This document shows, piece by piece, positions 12,622-25,830 of a DNA stretch of 64,000 nt; within the stretch, counting starts at the first letter, position 1, and the number at the start of each line of letters is the position of its first letter. Position numbers and translations under genes: made by a program. The notes beneath the pieces were generated by a model, which was not told the DNA's origin, made no database searches, and saw only the letters and a list, made by a program, of their open reading frames with translations. The stretch is from Callorhinchus milii (lineage: Eukaryota), in NCBI RefSeq assembly GCF_018977255.1, contig NW_024704742.1, forward strand, positions 88,166,001 through 88,230,000, read 5' to 3'.

Positions 12622-14245
12622 TATGGTCAAAGTCACTAATGACATTTTAAACATCTGTGATCAGGGCTCCCTCTGCCTCCATGTCCTCCTCAACCTCTCT
12701 GCCACCTTCGACATTGTCGACCACTCCATCCTCATAATAATAATAATAATCCTTGCATTTAATATAGTGCTTTTCACGTCGGGAGGACGTCCCAAAGTGC
12801 TTCACAGAACACACTGTAAAGTGAATTGACTGTATATTTGTGGGTGAACGCAGCAGCCAATTGCGCACAGCAATGCCCCACAGACAGTCGTAGATTGAAA
12901 ATGACCAACTTTTTTTTTTTGGGGGGGTTTTGGAGGGATTATTATTAGGCTCTGTGTGGAGTAAGGAAACTTGCCCAAGGTTTTGCCCTGACCTGCCTGG
13001 AATTGAACTCAGGTCTCTCACTTGCAAAACGAGTGCTCTAATCATTGAGCTACAGGACTCCACACCACCTCTCCGCTTTACTCAATCTTCACGGATCTGC
13101 CCTTGCCTGGTTCGATTCCTATCTCTCTCACCGTCTCCACTTTGTTGCCTCTAACGGTTTCTCCTTCAGCCCCCACACTGTCATGTCTGGCGTCCCCCAG
13201 GGCTCTGTCCTTGGCGCTCTCCTCTTTAATATCTACATGCTCCCCCTTGATGACATCATCCGCAGATATGGGGTCAACTTCCACATGTATGCGGATAACA
13301 CCCAACTCTATCTTTCTGCCTCCACCCTCAACTCCAGGACCACTGCTGTCCTGACAGACTGCCATCAATTCCTGGATGAGGGCAAATTTCCTACAGTTGA
13401 ATATGAACAAGATTGAGGCCCTCCTGATTGGCTCCCGCCAGCGCCTCTGCACCTCAGGCTCTGGCAGCATCAACCTCCATGGTTGCACACTTCAACTCAC
13501 CAAACCAGTGAGGAACCCAGGTGTCTTGTTCGACCCTCAACTCTCTTTTCTTCCCCACATCCAAGCCATGACCCGCTCTGCCTTCCCTCACCTCCGTAAC
13601 ATCACCTCACTCTGCCACTACCTCACCCCTCAGGCCTCTGAAACTCTTGTTCATGCCTTCATCACCCTCCAGGCTCGACTGTGCAAATGCCCTGCTTGTC
13701 GGCCTTCCCAACTCCTCCCTCCACAGGCTGCAGATAATCCAGAACTCTGCAGTCCATGTCCTCTCCTGCACCGAACTCTGTGACCCCATCACCCCATTCT
13801 CGGCCGAGTCCACTGGCTCCCTATCCTTCAGTGGATCCAGTTCAAGATCCTGGTTCTCACCTACAAAGCCCTCCATGGCCTCACTCCATCCTACCTCTGC
13901 GACCTCCTAACCCCTTACCAATCCGCCCGCTCCCTCCACTCAGCCGGCTCTGGCCTGCTCCACGTCCCTCGCCCCACCTGCCCCACCATTGGCGGGAGAG
14001 CCTTCAGCCACTCTGCCCCCAACCTCCGGAATTCCATCCCCCAGTCACTCTGCCTCACCCCCACTTAGCCTCCTTCAAATCCCGCCTCAAGACCCTCTTC
14101 TTCGACCATGCCATTGGTCACCCCCCTTCCCCTCCCCTCCCTTCTCCCCTCCTGACCCCAACTCGGGTCTGATATGCTGTACACTGTCCAGGGCCTTGGG
14201 ATGTCCTCCTGATGTGAAAGGCGCTATACAAATGTAATCTTGTTG
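12622..14245 (+). mobile_element. L2-clade LINE fragment interrupted by a SINE
   Basis: VKVTNDIL...LSATFDIVDH, then after the SINE GVPQGSVLGALLFNIY, HMYADNTQLY and NFLQLN, followed by the 3' UTR and tail. Confidence 0.92.
12734..13061 (-). mobile_element. tRNA-derived SINE, short/young subfamily
   Basis: Head GGAGTCCTGTAGCTCA...TAGAGC (A box) and GAGTTCAATTCC (B box), with an (ATT)n tail. Near-identical to 54762-55079 and 61275-61590. Confidence 0.92.
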
Positions 14246-15288
14246 TATATCTATCTGGTCTTATGTTAAACTTCTCTCCTTGGAGACATTTCACTTCTGG
14301 AACTTGGGTTCGAAATGAGTCAAGATTGACGCGATGAAGAACTTGTATGTGTGCCAGTTATATCTAACCAGATTTGGCAGCTTGATCCTATTTCTCAATC
14401 AGTATGAATACATAATGCATAGTTTTCCCAATAATTGACAATTGGCAATCATAGAAAGATTATAAGGACAGAGAATTTTGGAAATGGAAGTGGCACATTA
14501 ATGAGATGGAAAGTTATCTTCTGACGATGGTTTGAAAACAATTGCCAGGTTAGAAGGAGCTTTATCCCTGCATTTATACTGCGATGTTTAGCATTGATTC
14601 AGTGAAACGAACGTCAAATTGTTTCGAGCAGTATAAAAGGGTCTGACCAGTCTAACCAGGCCATATATTTTTGGATGCAACAGGACAGTACGAGAACAAC
14701 CATTATTATTGTTAATAAATAATACTATTAATTAATACTAACAATTAATAGATTGATAATAATCTATGATTCTAATCCTTGCGGTTGATTTAGTGCCCTC
14801 ACGTTGGGAGGATGCCTCAAAGTGCTTCACAGAATTTTATTGTGAAATGCAGTGACTGTGTTTTGTAGGCAAACCTACATTATCTTATATTTATCTATTC
14901 ATCTGTTATTCTTTGGCCTTTCTGCTGAACTGGTTCAGAATTCTCTGTATGAGGCTTCTCCCATAATATTCACACTGCTCAAAGCATTTGGTATTATAGA
15001 ATTAATAATAATAGAGAATGATTTTCAGGGATACAAATGCCAAATGTCTAAATAAATGTAGTCACCTTTGAGCCATTTTGAGACCAAAGCTTTTCGTTCT
15101 TAGAAGCATTTCTTAATGGGTTTCAAATGTGTCACTGCATGAATGTTGACTGACAGTCTCTGGCTCTCTGTGTCAATCTCTCTGGCTCTGTGCTCAGTCG
15201 TTGACTCTCTGACACATTATCAGCACATCAGTATAAGGGAAATGATGAACCTCTCTGTCTGTTTGATACCTTTTAGCAGCAATTTTGT

Positions 15289-15670
15289 GGAGTCCTGGAG
15301 TTCAGTGGTTAGAGCACTCATCTCGCAAGTGAGAGGATCTGGGTTCAATTCCTGGCCAGGGCAAAACATTGGGAAAGTTTCCTTTCCTCCACACACCTCT
15401 GTTTACCTAGCAATAAGTAGGAACCCGTCTGTTAGTCAATTAGCGGAGCACTTTTGCTGGTGCAATAATCCCTTCAAAAAAATTAATAATAATAATTTGG
15501 TCACTGAATCCATGACTGTTTGTTGGACACTGTTGTGCGCAATTGGTTGCCCTCTTTCGCTCATAAAATATACAGTCAATTCACTTTACAGTGTATTTTG
15601 TGAAGCATTATGAGATGTCTCGAAGATGTGATAAGGCACAATATCAAATGCAAGGATTATTATTATTATT
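15289..15670 (+). mobile_element. tRNA-derived SINE, long/older subfamily
   Basis: Same head as the short form plus an extra internal block ctgtttacctagcaataagtaggaacc...gcgga...ctggtg. Tail gagatgtctcgaagatgtgataaggc...(ATT)n. Confidence 0.9.
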
Positions 15671-15899
15671 TGGAAAAGCAGGACATCAGCTAATTATCTC
15701 CTATAATTTTGAATTACTCAATGTTGTCCTAATATTTACTTGTGTGAAATAAAATTGTTTGGAGCAGGTGCTGATTTATTTGTCTTCCTAAATTCACTGT
15801 CGAACCTGACCTGCTGTTACACACCACCAACTGACTGTTCCTTAGGTCTGTCCTTTCATACCTAACATAACTGCTGGTTTTGTGCCGGGTGGCATTAAA

Positions 15900-16322
15900 A
15901 AAATGCTTACCTTTAATACAGTGTGTTTCATGCTGGGAGGACATCTCAAAACATTTTACAGGATTTTATTGTAAAATGGAGTGACTGTGTAGTTGTAGGA
16001 GAACGTGGCAGCCATATACACACAGCAATGATTCACAAGCAGCCGTGGAGTGTGAATGACCAATTTTATTTGGGGCACCTTTGGCCAGGACACTGGCGAA
16101 CTCCTTTCTCTTTTCAAATAGTGCCATGAGATCCTTAACGTCTACCTGAACAGGCAAACAAAACCTTGATTTAACGTCTCATCCAAAGAACGACACCTCC
16201 GACAATGCAACACCCCACCGCAGTGCTGAATTGAGCATCAGTTTAAGACTATGTGGTTCCAAGTCCCGATTCCAACCTTCTGACTCAGAAGTACGAGTAC
16301 TACCATTGCGTGAGGCTCACAC
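15900..16322 (-). mobile_element. DeuSINE-like element, near full-length
   Basis: ttggccaggacactgg...atagtgccatgagatccttaacgtc is the reverse complement of the Deu domain. The head (tctgactcaga) is at the right end. Confidence 0.75.
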
Positions 16323-17829
16323 TCTTATGAGCATTGCAAAAATTGATCTAATGCAGTGGAGCCATTACCCATTCAGGTCACTATATTTTTACATGCTCAG
16401 TGTTATTGTTTTTGTGCTTTCGCTCTATTCAAACAAATCGAGACATTAGGAGAAATGACGAGGCCTCATTTGTTTAACTGCTAATGATTCACGCATGTTT
16501 TTTTTAATCAAACAATAGAAGCCAGACTCTGTGCAATCCAGGATTTCATAACATTTTGTTTATTTTTCATGACCTTGCCAAACCTTGATGCCCCTAACCT
16601 TGTGCTTGACATTCTAGGATAATATTTCCTCCACCCTTCTTCATGATAAATTATTGCAATAAGTATGACTCGCTGAAGCAGCTAAACCAGTATGATGGCA
16701 GGGAACAGATTGTACATCATTGGCAAAAGATCTGACACAAAGACTTCAGAAAGAAAAAATAAAGCAAGGCATAGTCTGACTTTTTCTGTGTCGCACTGAA
16801 GATAGTGTGACCACTGATAACAAAGCCCAGGTGAAAGTAAAAGCTGATTAGATGTATTTGCAAAGCCATGCTGTGTAGAGCATCTGTCTCTACTTATCAA
16901 AGACATCTGGGTAAATTATTAACATTTCATCTGTCAGGTGTCCTTTGTCCTACCTCCTCTCTCCTTTCCAATAATTGGTCGTTGCTCAATAATGCTGCCT
17001 TTGTTAAATGCTTGTTGGGTGAGGTAACCCTTTTGGACAGGGGCCAGCATTTCTAAATTTACCCAACAGCAGTGGGAAAGACAGTATTCAGCCAGAGACA
17101 TTTTAGCATCATGAGCTGTTTATTTTGTAATATAAGTAAACCCATTTTCCTGCTTGTTCTTTGCAATTCAGAGCAATGGGCTTTGGTAGCTAAAGTAAGA
17201 CTTTTTTCTGTTAAAAAGATATAGTCTGCCTGTTGTTATTCAGACGAGACTGGGGCTGTCACTGAAAATTACACTGCAAACCACAAATGCATTCGTGCAT
17301 GATATTGGTATTTTCTGTTCACTTCAAAAGTAAGTTGGGCTACTTTACAAAGAACATATAATGAGAATCTTTGTCATAGTTTACTAAACTAAACTAAACT
17401 GGTCATCTACTTTGTGAATCATTAATTTCTTGCATTGGCAGGTCGATTTACAGTATTTCACTGTAAATTCAAAAGTGACATGAGAAGATATGGCACAATG
17501 TTTTTTGTTGGTAACTTTAATTAACACTGATCAACAAGAAGACAAGTACAAAGTTGTTTGCTCCCGTGTTGGTTTATTTATGCTGCTTTGGACACTGGTG
17601 CCACAGCACAGATTCATACAATTCTGATCCACCCATTTTGTACCGAGGTTTCATTGTGGTTGTCCTTCACCAGTTCCAAGTTAAGTAATTGAGTGGAAGT
17701 GATTTCATATACTTTATGGTGTCACATTTCAAGGTCATAGAAGATCAATAGAATGGAGGATACCAGCTAATTGTAAATGATAAAGGTAAGGATTGGTGAC
17801 CTTAAGATGTATCTAGACTTAAGTTTGAT

Positions 17830-18075
17830 CAACAACCCCAACAAATTGTATTTATATAGTCCCCTTCATGTGACGTAGTGCTTCAGAGCACTGAACAATG
17901 GCGAAGTTTGATGCTGAGACAGGGAGGAAGGGGGATAACCATAAACACAGACAAAGAGGAAAGTCTTCAGGAGTGATCTGAAGAACGGCAAAGAGGGGGC
18001 AAAGCGGAGGCAGGGAGTTCCAGAGGTTTGAGGTATTGTGGCTGCTGCCGATGGTGAGGTGGAGGGGTTGAGACA
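17830..18075 (-). mobile_element. Old L2 3' fragment
   Basis: Similar to 53468-53655 and 45770-45980, which are further L2 3' fragments. Others lie at ~5985-6176(+), 11675-11870(+) and 58490-58665(+). Confidence 0.7.
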
Positions 18076-20212
18076 CACAGATCAGTCCAGGTTAAAGTTA
18101 CTTAAGGGTCAAAATACCATTTATATGAAAGTGCTATATAGAGGGGTTTCACAATGCAACTGTAAATTGAGTTGCATAAGGAACAATATCCTACTATGAG
18201 AATGTTAGTTTCTGGCTTGTTCAGGGTACTATATTTGTAGTGTAATGAGTGAGAGGGCAGCTTTCGATCAGCCTCAGTGAGTGGTAACAAGCACAACAAG
18301 GCAATCATTGGCTGTCGTGTGTTGTTTGTGTCTGTGAATGAATCAAGGACAAATTCAATGTAAAATGGTAGTAAGGCACCCTGGAGGAGGTCCTGAGGAG
18401 ACCTGGCACAGCCACGACACCAGATTCTGTAGGGTCTCACAGGTGCTGGTGGTGGCTGAGCCGGTCATTAAACTCCAAGAATGTTTCTTTGAATGCAAAG
18501 TGTCGAGGAAAGAAATAAAACTGAGGTGTCAGTAGGTTTAAGATTAGCAACCTCAAAAGGGTTATGTTCATTTTACGTTCATATTAAGCTCTTTATGAAT
18601 TGTCGCCATTGCTTTGTTGTTGTCTGGGTATAGAAAAGAAACTTGTGTGGGACAGTGGTCATCGTATGTTGCAACAATTAGCATGTCTTAGAATCCCACC
18701 ATATATTTAATTTCCCATCACAATGAAAGGTAAACCACAACTAGACAAAGGAGAACGGTGGTGGTCGCTTTGACCAGCTGAAGCTCTCAGAGGTTAAAGA
18801 GATCATCCTCTCACTTATCAACTAGGATAACAACGCCACCAATGTTGAGAAGGGTTGAGCAGGACACAGATGTCAGCAAGGTCATATGAAGAATGCTACT
18901 TTCATCTACTAACTAATTGAGTAATTAGTTGAGTGCTTCTCCATCTTCTCCACCTTATGTTCATCATTTGTTTCCTTACAGCAGCAGGGAGAGTGAGGAG
19001 GAGGAGTCCTCGGATATTGTACCCCCATGAGATCTGGGTGGCTGAGGAGAAAGATGAGGAGAGGCAGAGCTTGGTTACCCATCCAGCACTATGAAACGCT
19101 TTGAGACATCCTTTCAACATGAAAGGTGCTGTAACAATGTAAATTGTATTATAAGCAAGGGATAGGGATGATATTGAGGGCATTTCAGGAGCTATCCTAG
19201 GGCTGGATTATCCTCAAGCAAGGAACATAGCAAGTTAGTAAGAGAGTTACAGTATTTTTATTTGGATTTACTGAGCACTAATAGGCTGCCGAGAGGTCGG
19301 AAAATACACATAACCATGGTTAATTCATACAAAGTCAAATTATTACTTTAAGTTATGAATCACAAAGGAGCTCACATATAACCTTGTTCTTGAAGAAGTA
19401 TGTAAATCAGAGTGGTCAGCATCCAGAATGCAGCTTTCCATTGCAGCTGTGTCAATACAATCTGCTTTGGTCCCTTCTCCCCGTCTCATTAAACACTGAC
19501 TTTGGCAAGATCGGAACACAATGATTCTGCATTGATTTGTTTCAGAAAGAACTGTTGTGCTGTTAAAATACAAAGTGTTTAAAGAAGGCGTTTCTGGTGA
19601 CTGTCCTGTAATTACCCCTCACAACTCTGAACTTGTACCCACTTGTCCTGCTGTTTTGGAAATTTCAATTGTTCTGGGTTTGCTTTGTCTATCCCAATAA
19701 ACGTGTTATATACCTCTGTATATGTCCCCACCCACCCCCACCTCCTCCAACAGACACACAGACTCCTGAGACAATACTTTACAAGTCCCATAGCCCTAGC
19801 TAATCTCCATTCATAGCTGTTTTCCTTCTTTATAATAATAAAAATATAATAAATAATATAATAATAATTCTTGCATTTCATATTTGATAGTTTGGGACCC
19901 AAGATGTCAAGCGACTGCCAGAATGGTGGAAGGCGAACTAAATGGACCTAGGTCTTCCTTCGCCTAGCAAATTATTATGTTCTTATGATATAGCATCTTA
20001 TCATGTCACTGAGATGTCTCAAAGCCTTCACAGAATATACTGTAATTGTTTGCCATATACATTATTATAACACTGGTTATTCCATAAAACTGTACATTTA
20101 TTCATATATAATAATAACAATCCTTGCATTTGATATAACGCCTTATCATGTCTTTGAGACGTCTCAAAGTGCTTGGTCAAAGTGCTTCACAGAATATACT
20201 GTAATATACTGT

Positions 20213-20527
20213 GGAGTCCTGTAGCTCAGTAGTTAGAGCACTTGCCTTGTAAACGAGATACCTGGGTTCAATTCCAGGCAGAGCGAAACCTTGGGCAAGT
20301 TTCCTTACTCCACACGCCTAATAATAATTCCTCCAAAACAAAAAACAATATAAATAGGTCATTTTCAATCTACGACTGTTTGTGGGACACTGCTGTGCAC
20401 AATTGGCTGCTGCATTTCGCCCACAAATATACGGTCAATTCACTTTACAGTCTATTCTGTGAAGTGCTTTGAGACGTTGAGAAAACATGAAAAGCGCTAT
20501 ATCAAATGCAAGGATTATTATTATTAT
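20213..20527 (+). mobile_element. tRNA-derived SINE, short subfamily, nested in an older antisense copy (20110-20812)
   Basis: Full head to (ATT)n tail. The host SINE sequence resumes at aaagtgaattgac (20528). Confidence 0.9.
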
Positions 20528-21049
20528 AAAGTGAATTGACTATATATTTTGTGGGTGAAACATGGGAGCCAATTGAACACAACAGTGTCCCACAAATAGT
20601 CGTGGATTGAATGTCCAAATTATTACTATTAATTTTTTTGAAGGGATTATTACCTCTGGAAAGCAATTCGCTAACCGGGTTCCTACTTACTGCTGTGTAA
20701 ACAGAGGCGTGTGGAGTAGGAAATTTGCCTAAGATTTCGCCCTGCTTATGAATCGAACCCGGGTCCTCTCGCTTGCTGGGTGAGTGCTCTGACCAATATG
20801 CTGCAGGGTTCCATGTGGCTACCTCAAACTGTTTGAATCATCTAAGACTCTTATGTTTGTTTCATCTTCCCCCTGGCTAAGTGTCTCCTCTTTTTACTTT
20901 CCATATGCGGCATATTGTAATTATCTATTTATTGATTTTTATTTTTCAGGTGCAATTGTTGCCAACCTGCCCTTGTAAGACCTTAGCACTCTGAGATGTT
21001 ATCCTGCTTAAAGGGCCCTACATATAAATGAAGTTTTTGCCGCCTCTAC

Positions 21050-21880
21050 TCTACCCTAACTTGGTGTCATCTGCAAATGTAATTACCTTGCACTGAATCT
21101 GAAAATGCAGGCTATTTCAGTGTACTAGGAACAGTAAGGATCTCAGCATAGATCACTGAGGCACTCCATACAATACACCCTACTTACAATTATCCTCTGC
21201 TTCCTTTAGCCAGTTACTCATCCAGGTCCATACATTAGTCTTGAGAACTATATATCAGTTTTAAAGGAATTTCACATGGGAACTTTATCAAGTATCATTC
21301 AGAAGTCCCCCCATCAAATTGAGATGCCACTGACTGAAATAAGTCAGTGAAATTAGTCAGACAAGGGTTAACCCTTGAGAGGCCAATGCTGGCTGTTACT
21401 TGTTATTTTACAAAGTTATCTTTTTTTTTTGCTTGTGCTGACTGATTCCATTAGCTTTCCCATTATTGAGCTCAGGCCAATGGGTCTAAATTTCCAGATA
21501 TGGCTCTGTATCCTTTCACAAAATATAGGAAGCACATTTGCTGTTTTGAATCTGCCAGAACCTTCAATGATTCACTCAAAATGTCTTTCAGCACGTCATA
21601 AAATCTCTTGCCGTTGCAGCCCAATTAATCCAACATCTGTAGAGGGGAAATCGCTAACCAGCAGTGTACACAAACTATTCAATGGATATAATGTAACTTG
21701 AAAGCATTTGATAACGTTCCATATGTGAGCGTTGTATGAAAGATTAAAGTTCATAGCCTTAAAGTGAAGGTAGCTACGCTGGTTAGATTGGAAACTGGAG
21801 CCATGCAATCAGATGACAACTGTAAAGATGACTGTTATTTGAAGGATTACAACAAATTAAGCAGCTGGATAAAGGAAAAG
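21050..21880. mobile_element. Degenerate CR1 RT fragments in both orientations
   Basis: Minus strand FADDTK-like (gtcatctgcaaa) at ~21066. Plus strand KAFDNVP-like (aaagcatttgataacgttcca) at ~21701. Confidence 0.6.
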
Positions 21881-23439
21881 AAATGGATTTTATCTTATTC
21901 TCCCCTCCAATTAATTTCTTCCCCTCTGCTTCAGAATATTTTTGACTCATTTTACCCTCTACCAGGGTACAGTTCATCGGCATCCTCCATTACCTCATCC
22001 AATTGGCCATTATTCATGTGTGAAGCTTGACAGTGAGTAGTTGGCAGGCTGATAGACCATGGAGCCATCTCAGCTGAGCCCATAATGTTCAAATGCATGT
22101 TTATTCCATCAGGTTTTCCTGGATAACATACGGAACAAAACTCAAGTTGATTGACTTCACCTTCACATAATTAATAATAATAATAATCATTTTATTTTGG
22201 TATAGATGTTATCACATTGTCAAAATATCTAAAGACACTTCACAAGATTTACTGTAAAAGCATTTTTTTTAAGTGCAGGAAGCCAATAAAGATCGATTTC
22301 CAGCCCATTAGCTAAGGTCTGTGTCACTTCCTGCTTTGTGCATGAGCATCAAAGCAGGAAGTGACATTAGGCTACTTAATGACCTTGGAGTTAGTTGTCC
22401 ATTTTGGTGCGAAAACCTGGCTGGTGCAGATGAAGTGGCCAGCATCAGTTGCACTCATGATTGGGGTCCATAGGATGACCGGTTTATAACCAAATTCATG
22501 CTATAGAGAAGCAGGTTATAACTGTTCTGCAGTGCATCTGTTTGAGAATGGCAATGAGGGTTTGCCTACAAGATACAAAGTCTTTACATTTTACAATATT
22601 CCTGCGAAAGACATTGAGATATCCTCCCAGCATAAAAGGCACTGTATCAATAATAATAATCCTTGCATTTGATATAGCGCCTTGTCGCATCTTCTAGACG
22701 TCTCAAAGCGCTTCACAGAATATACTGTAAAGTGAATGGACTGTATATTTTGTGGAAGAAATGCGGCGGCTAATTGTGCAAAGGCAAGGATTATTATTTT
22801 AAGGATAAGGTTAGGCAGAGATGATCTAATACTTTCTGGAACATGATAGCTCCTGTGCTCTTGAGACTATGTATGTGTCATCCAGTCAGAGTTCAATCGT
22901 GTGGGCTGTGAGGTTGCATATATATCCTGAAGTTTTACTTAATTACATTCAGGAGGCAGGGAAGAAAGTTTACACAGCTTTTTCTTCTTGGAGTTTTATT
23001 TGTGGTTAGTCATCTTCCTAAAGAGATTAAATAACTGTGGTATCCTGTACGGCATAAGGAAATTGTCTCTAGATCTGTGGGCATAAAAGGCTTGATGGGC
23101 TGAATGGCCTTCTCTTGTTTCATGTTTTCTTATATTAATTTCTCAATTCTTTATTAGAATCATAGATCATAGAATTATACAGCACAGAAGGAGACCATTT
23201 GGCCCATCGTGTCCGTGCCAGCTCTTTGAAAGAGCTGACCAAATTAATCCCACGCCCCCACTCTCTCCCCATAGCCCTGCAAACTTGTCCTCTCCATTAT
23301 TCTCCAACATTCTTCTCCAATGTTATCGTCTTCTCTCCTGGAGCGATGTAACTCTTTTTTGTCCTTTCATTAGTGTACAGTTCTGCAAGTTCCAGGTTAT
23401 CCTCTGATACCTTGTTCAGGGTCATATGTGAGGCTTTTC

Positions 23440-24065
23440 AACGTCGACCGACAAACCAGATGTTGAAATGTATCAAAAGATCAATAGCAAGCCGAAATAG
23501 TGGGGTAATCCTGCCACTGTATAGATCATTGCTGAGCCCATGCTTAGAGTACTGTGTACTGGTCCTAGTACTAGTTACTGCAGTACAAAACGGATATTGG
23601 AGAAATCGAGAAGATACAGAGGAGGTCAACCTAAATGATTGAGGGAATGAAAGAACTGGACTATGAGGAGCGACTAAGTAAATTGGGCATGCTCACGCTA
23701 AAAAGAGAAGATTGAGATCAACACGATTGCTGTCTTTAAGATTCTAAAGGGTCTAGACAATATGACAGGTTGTTTCAACTTGTCCAGAATAGTAAAAATT
23801 GAAGGGGGGTAAATTCAGAATGAATCTAAGCAAACACTATTTCAGTGAGCGAATAGTGAACCTGTGGAACAGACTCCCTCGGGAGACAGATGAATCAGGA
23901 AGTGTTGATTCTATCAAACACAGATTAGATAGTTTTCTTTTAGGAAATAACATTATGGGATACAGTATATAGGTAGTTTGGGACATATGTGCATGCGACT
24001 GCCAGGAAAGTAAAAGGCGAATTAGATGAACCTTGGTCCTTTTTCGTTTAGCATTTCTTATGTTA
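23440..24065 (+). mobile_element. CR1 LINE 3' fragment
   Basis: NQMLKCIKRSIASRNSGVILPLYRSLLSPCLEYCV is typical of the CR1 ORF2 C-terminus. Ends tttcttatgtt. A second CR1 3' end lies on - at ~23155-23295. Confidence 0.85.
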
Positions 24066-25364
24066 TTTGACCTGGAGGTAGGGGAGGGGGAATGTAACAC
24101 GATTAAGCTTGATTCCATCCTCCTTCAAATGTCGACATGCGCACACTTTCCAGTATGGATTTTTAACAGCTCCTGAGCAGAAGCATGCACTCTGGTTGTG
24201 TGTGCTGAGGTCAATTGTAGCATCACAACCACTGACTTCAACTATCTCAGCACAAACTGGGGATCGAGCCCCGGGCCTTCCTAATTTACTGGTTACATTT
24301 ACTGGGTAAATCGCAAAGCCATTAAACAGAACTTCCTGATAACTACTATAAACTTAAGAGTAATATCCCTAGTATAGTTCCCTGTACGTGGAAAAATATT
24401 TAACCATGTTCGTTACCTGACTCCTTATGGGTGAGAAGTTAAGTATAGCGACACTTAAATTTATTCATAAACTCTGCTAGAAAAAATATTTTTAGTACTA
24501 CATTGCGGAAAACAAGCATTTGATCAATAGGCAGAACTGAATATTGAGCACTCTTTGAAAAGAAAACAATCTTTTTATGTGGGTAACTTTCAAATCAGAA
24601 ATGGAATATCTAAAATACCTAATGGATAAAATTAGTCAAACAACTTTCTGTGCCATTTCGAAAAGAGCGGGAAGTTTTCTCTTGGTTTCCTGGTCAACAA
24701 TCCCCCAAATAAAATTGTTAATTCGCTTCATGGCTGTTTGTGAAACATTGCCTACAAAGATAAATCATTGCACTTTACAGTAAATGTTTTGTGAAGCGAT
24801 TTGAGGCATCCTATCGATGTGAAAGGCGGTATAGCAATAATAATAATAGCCTTGCATTTGATATAGTGCCTCATCAAATCTTTGAGGTGTCTCAAATTGA
24901 ATTAAAGTGAATTGACTGTATATTTTGTGGGCGAAACAAATTTGGCTGTATACCAAATGTAAGGATTATTCTTATTGTTTTAGCTTTTCAGCATTGCAAA
25001 AGGCAATATCTGTCTCATTTCATCTCTTGCTCCTGCTGTGATAAGGTCACACTTCCAGTGTCACTATAACATCAAATGAATTGATAAAGGGGGTCGACGT
25101 GAATTGCGCTGCGATATCGTCTACATTGTATGGAATGTTCCTGAATTATCTGCCCCAGAAGGGATTTTCTTCCCCTATCAACCATTTAAAAAGGTAGAAC
25201 CATGATTCTACACTTGAGGGAACCCACCACCCTGTCCCACCAGTTGGCCCACTCTTTAGCTTAAAAAGATAAATAATTATCTTAAATGCATCCACCCCTC
25301 ATAACTACACAGCCAAAGAAAACTTAAGTTTGATTTAATTCTCAGATGGAAAGCAGCTCAAGAT

Positions 25365-25830
25365 GACTCCTCTGGACAGTTCAATTGGTAAAGTCACTGC
25401 CGAGTTTGAATATGAACTACACCATCCTGGCAGGCCAATTGGGTTGGAATCCCAGGTCTGTGCTGAGTTAGCTCAATCACAGCGGAACCTGGGAGCCAAC
25501 AAGAATTGTGCTGAGGTGAAGGTATTTTTTTAATTTAACAAAAAGGTAAATAATTATCTTTAAATGCATCCATTCCCACATAATTGCCCTCAATCCCTCT
25601 AGGCGAGGGACTGGAAAAAACAGAACGGCCAGGGTTTCTGCTGCTGATCACTCTCCAGTTACCTACCCTCTTACCTGAAAGTGCCCATCTAAGCTCATTG
25701 GTTGGAGACAGGCTGAGGCTCGCAAGCAATCCTGCCCACGTGTCAGATAGTCTGGTAACACTCACTGCCTCTGCTCAGATTGCTCGGGTGAGGTGCTGGA
25801 GGGTTGGCAGTCAGCTGTCGAATTGTACCC
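25365..25830 (+). mobile_element. Ancient tRNA-SINE-like repeat (second copy ~29585-29810)
   Basis: The two loci share motifs: ggtctgtgctgagttag / agtctgtttgactttac and gatcactctccagttacc / catcactatccagtgacc. Family not named with confidence. Confidence 0.55.

Noticed and set aside
14285..14450. Possible LF-SINE-like relic
   Set aside because: Only a B-box-like motif and an aattggca-like motif are visible, too degenerate to call by eye.
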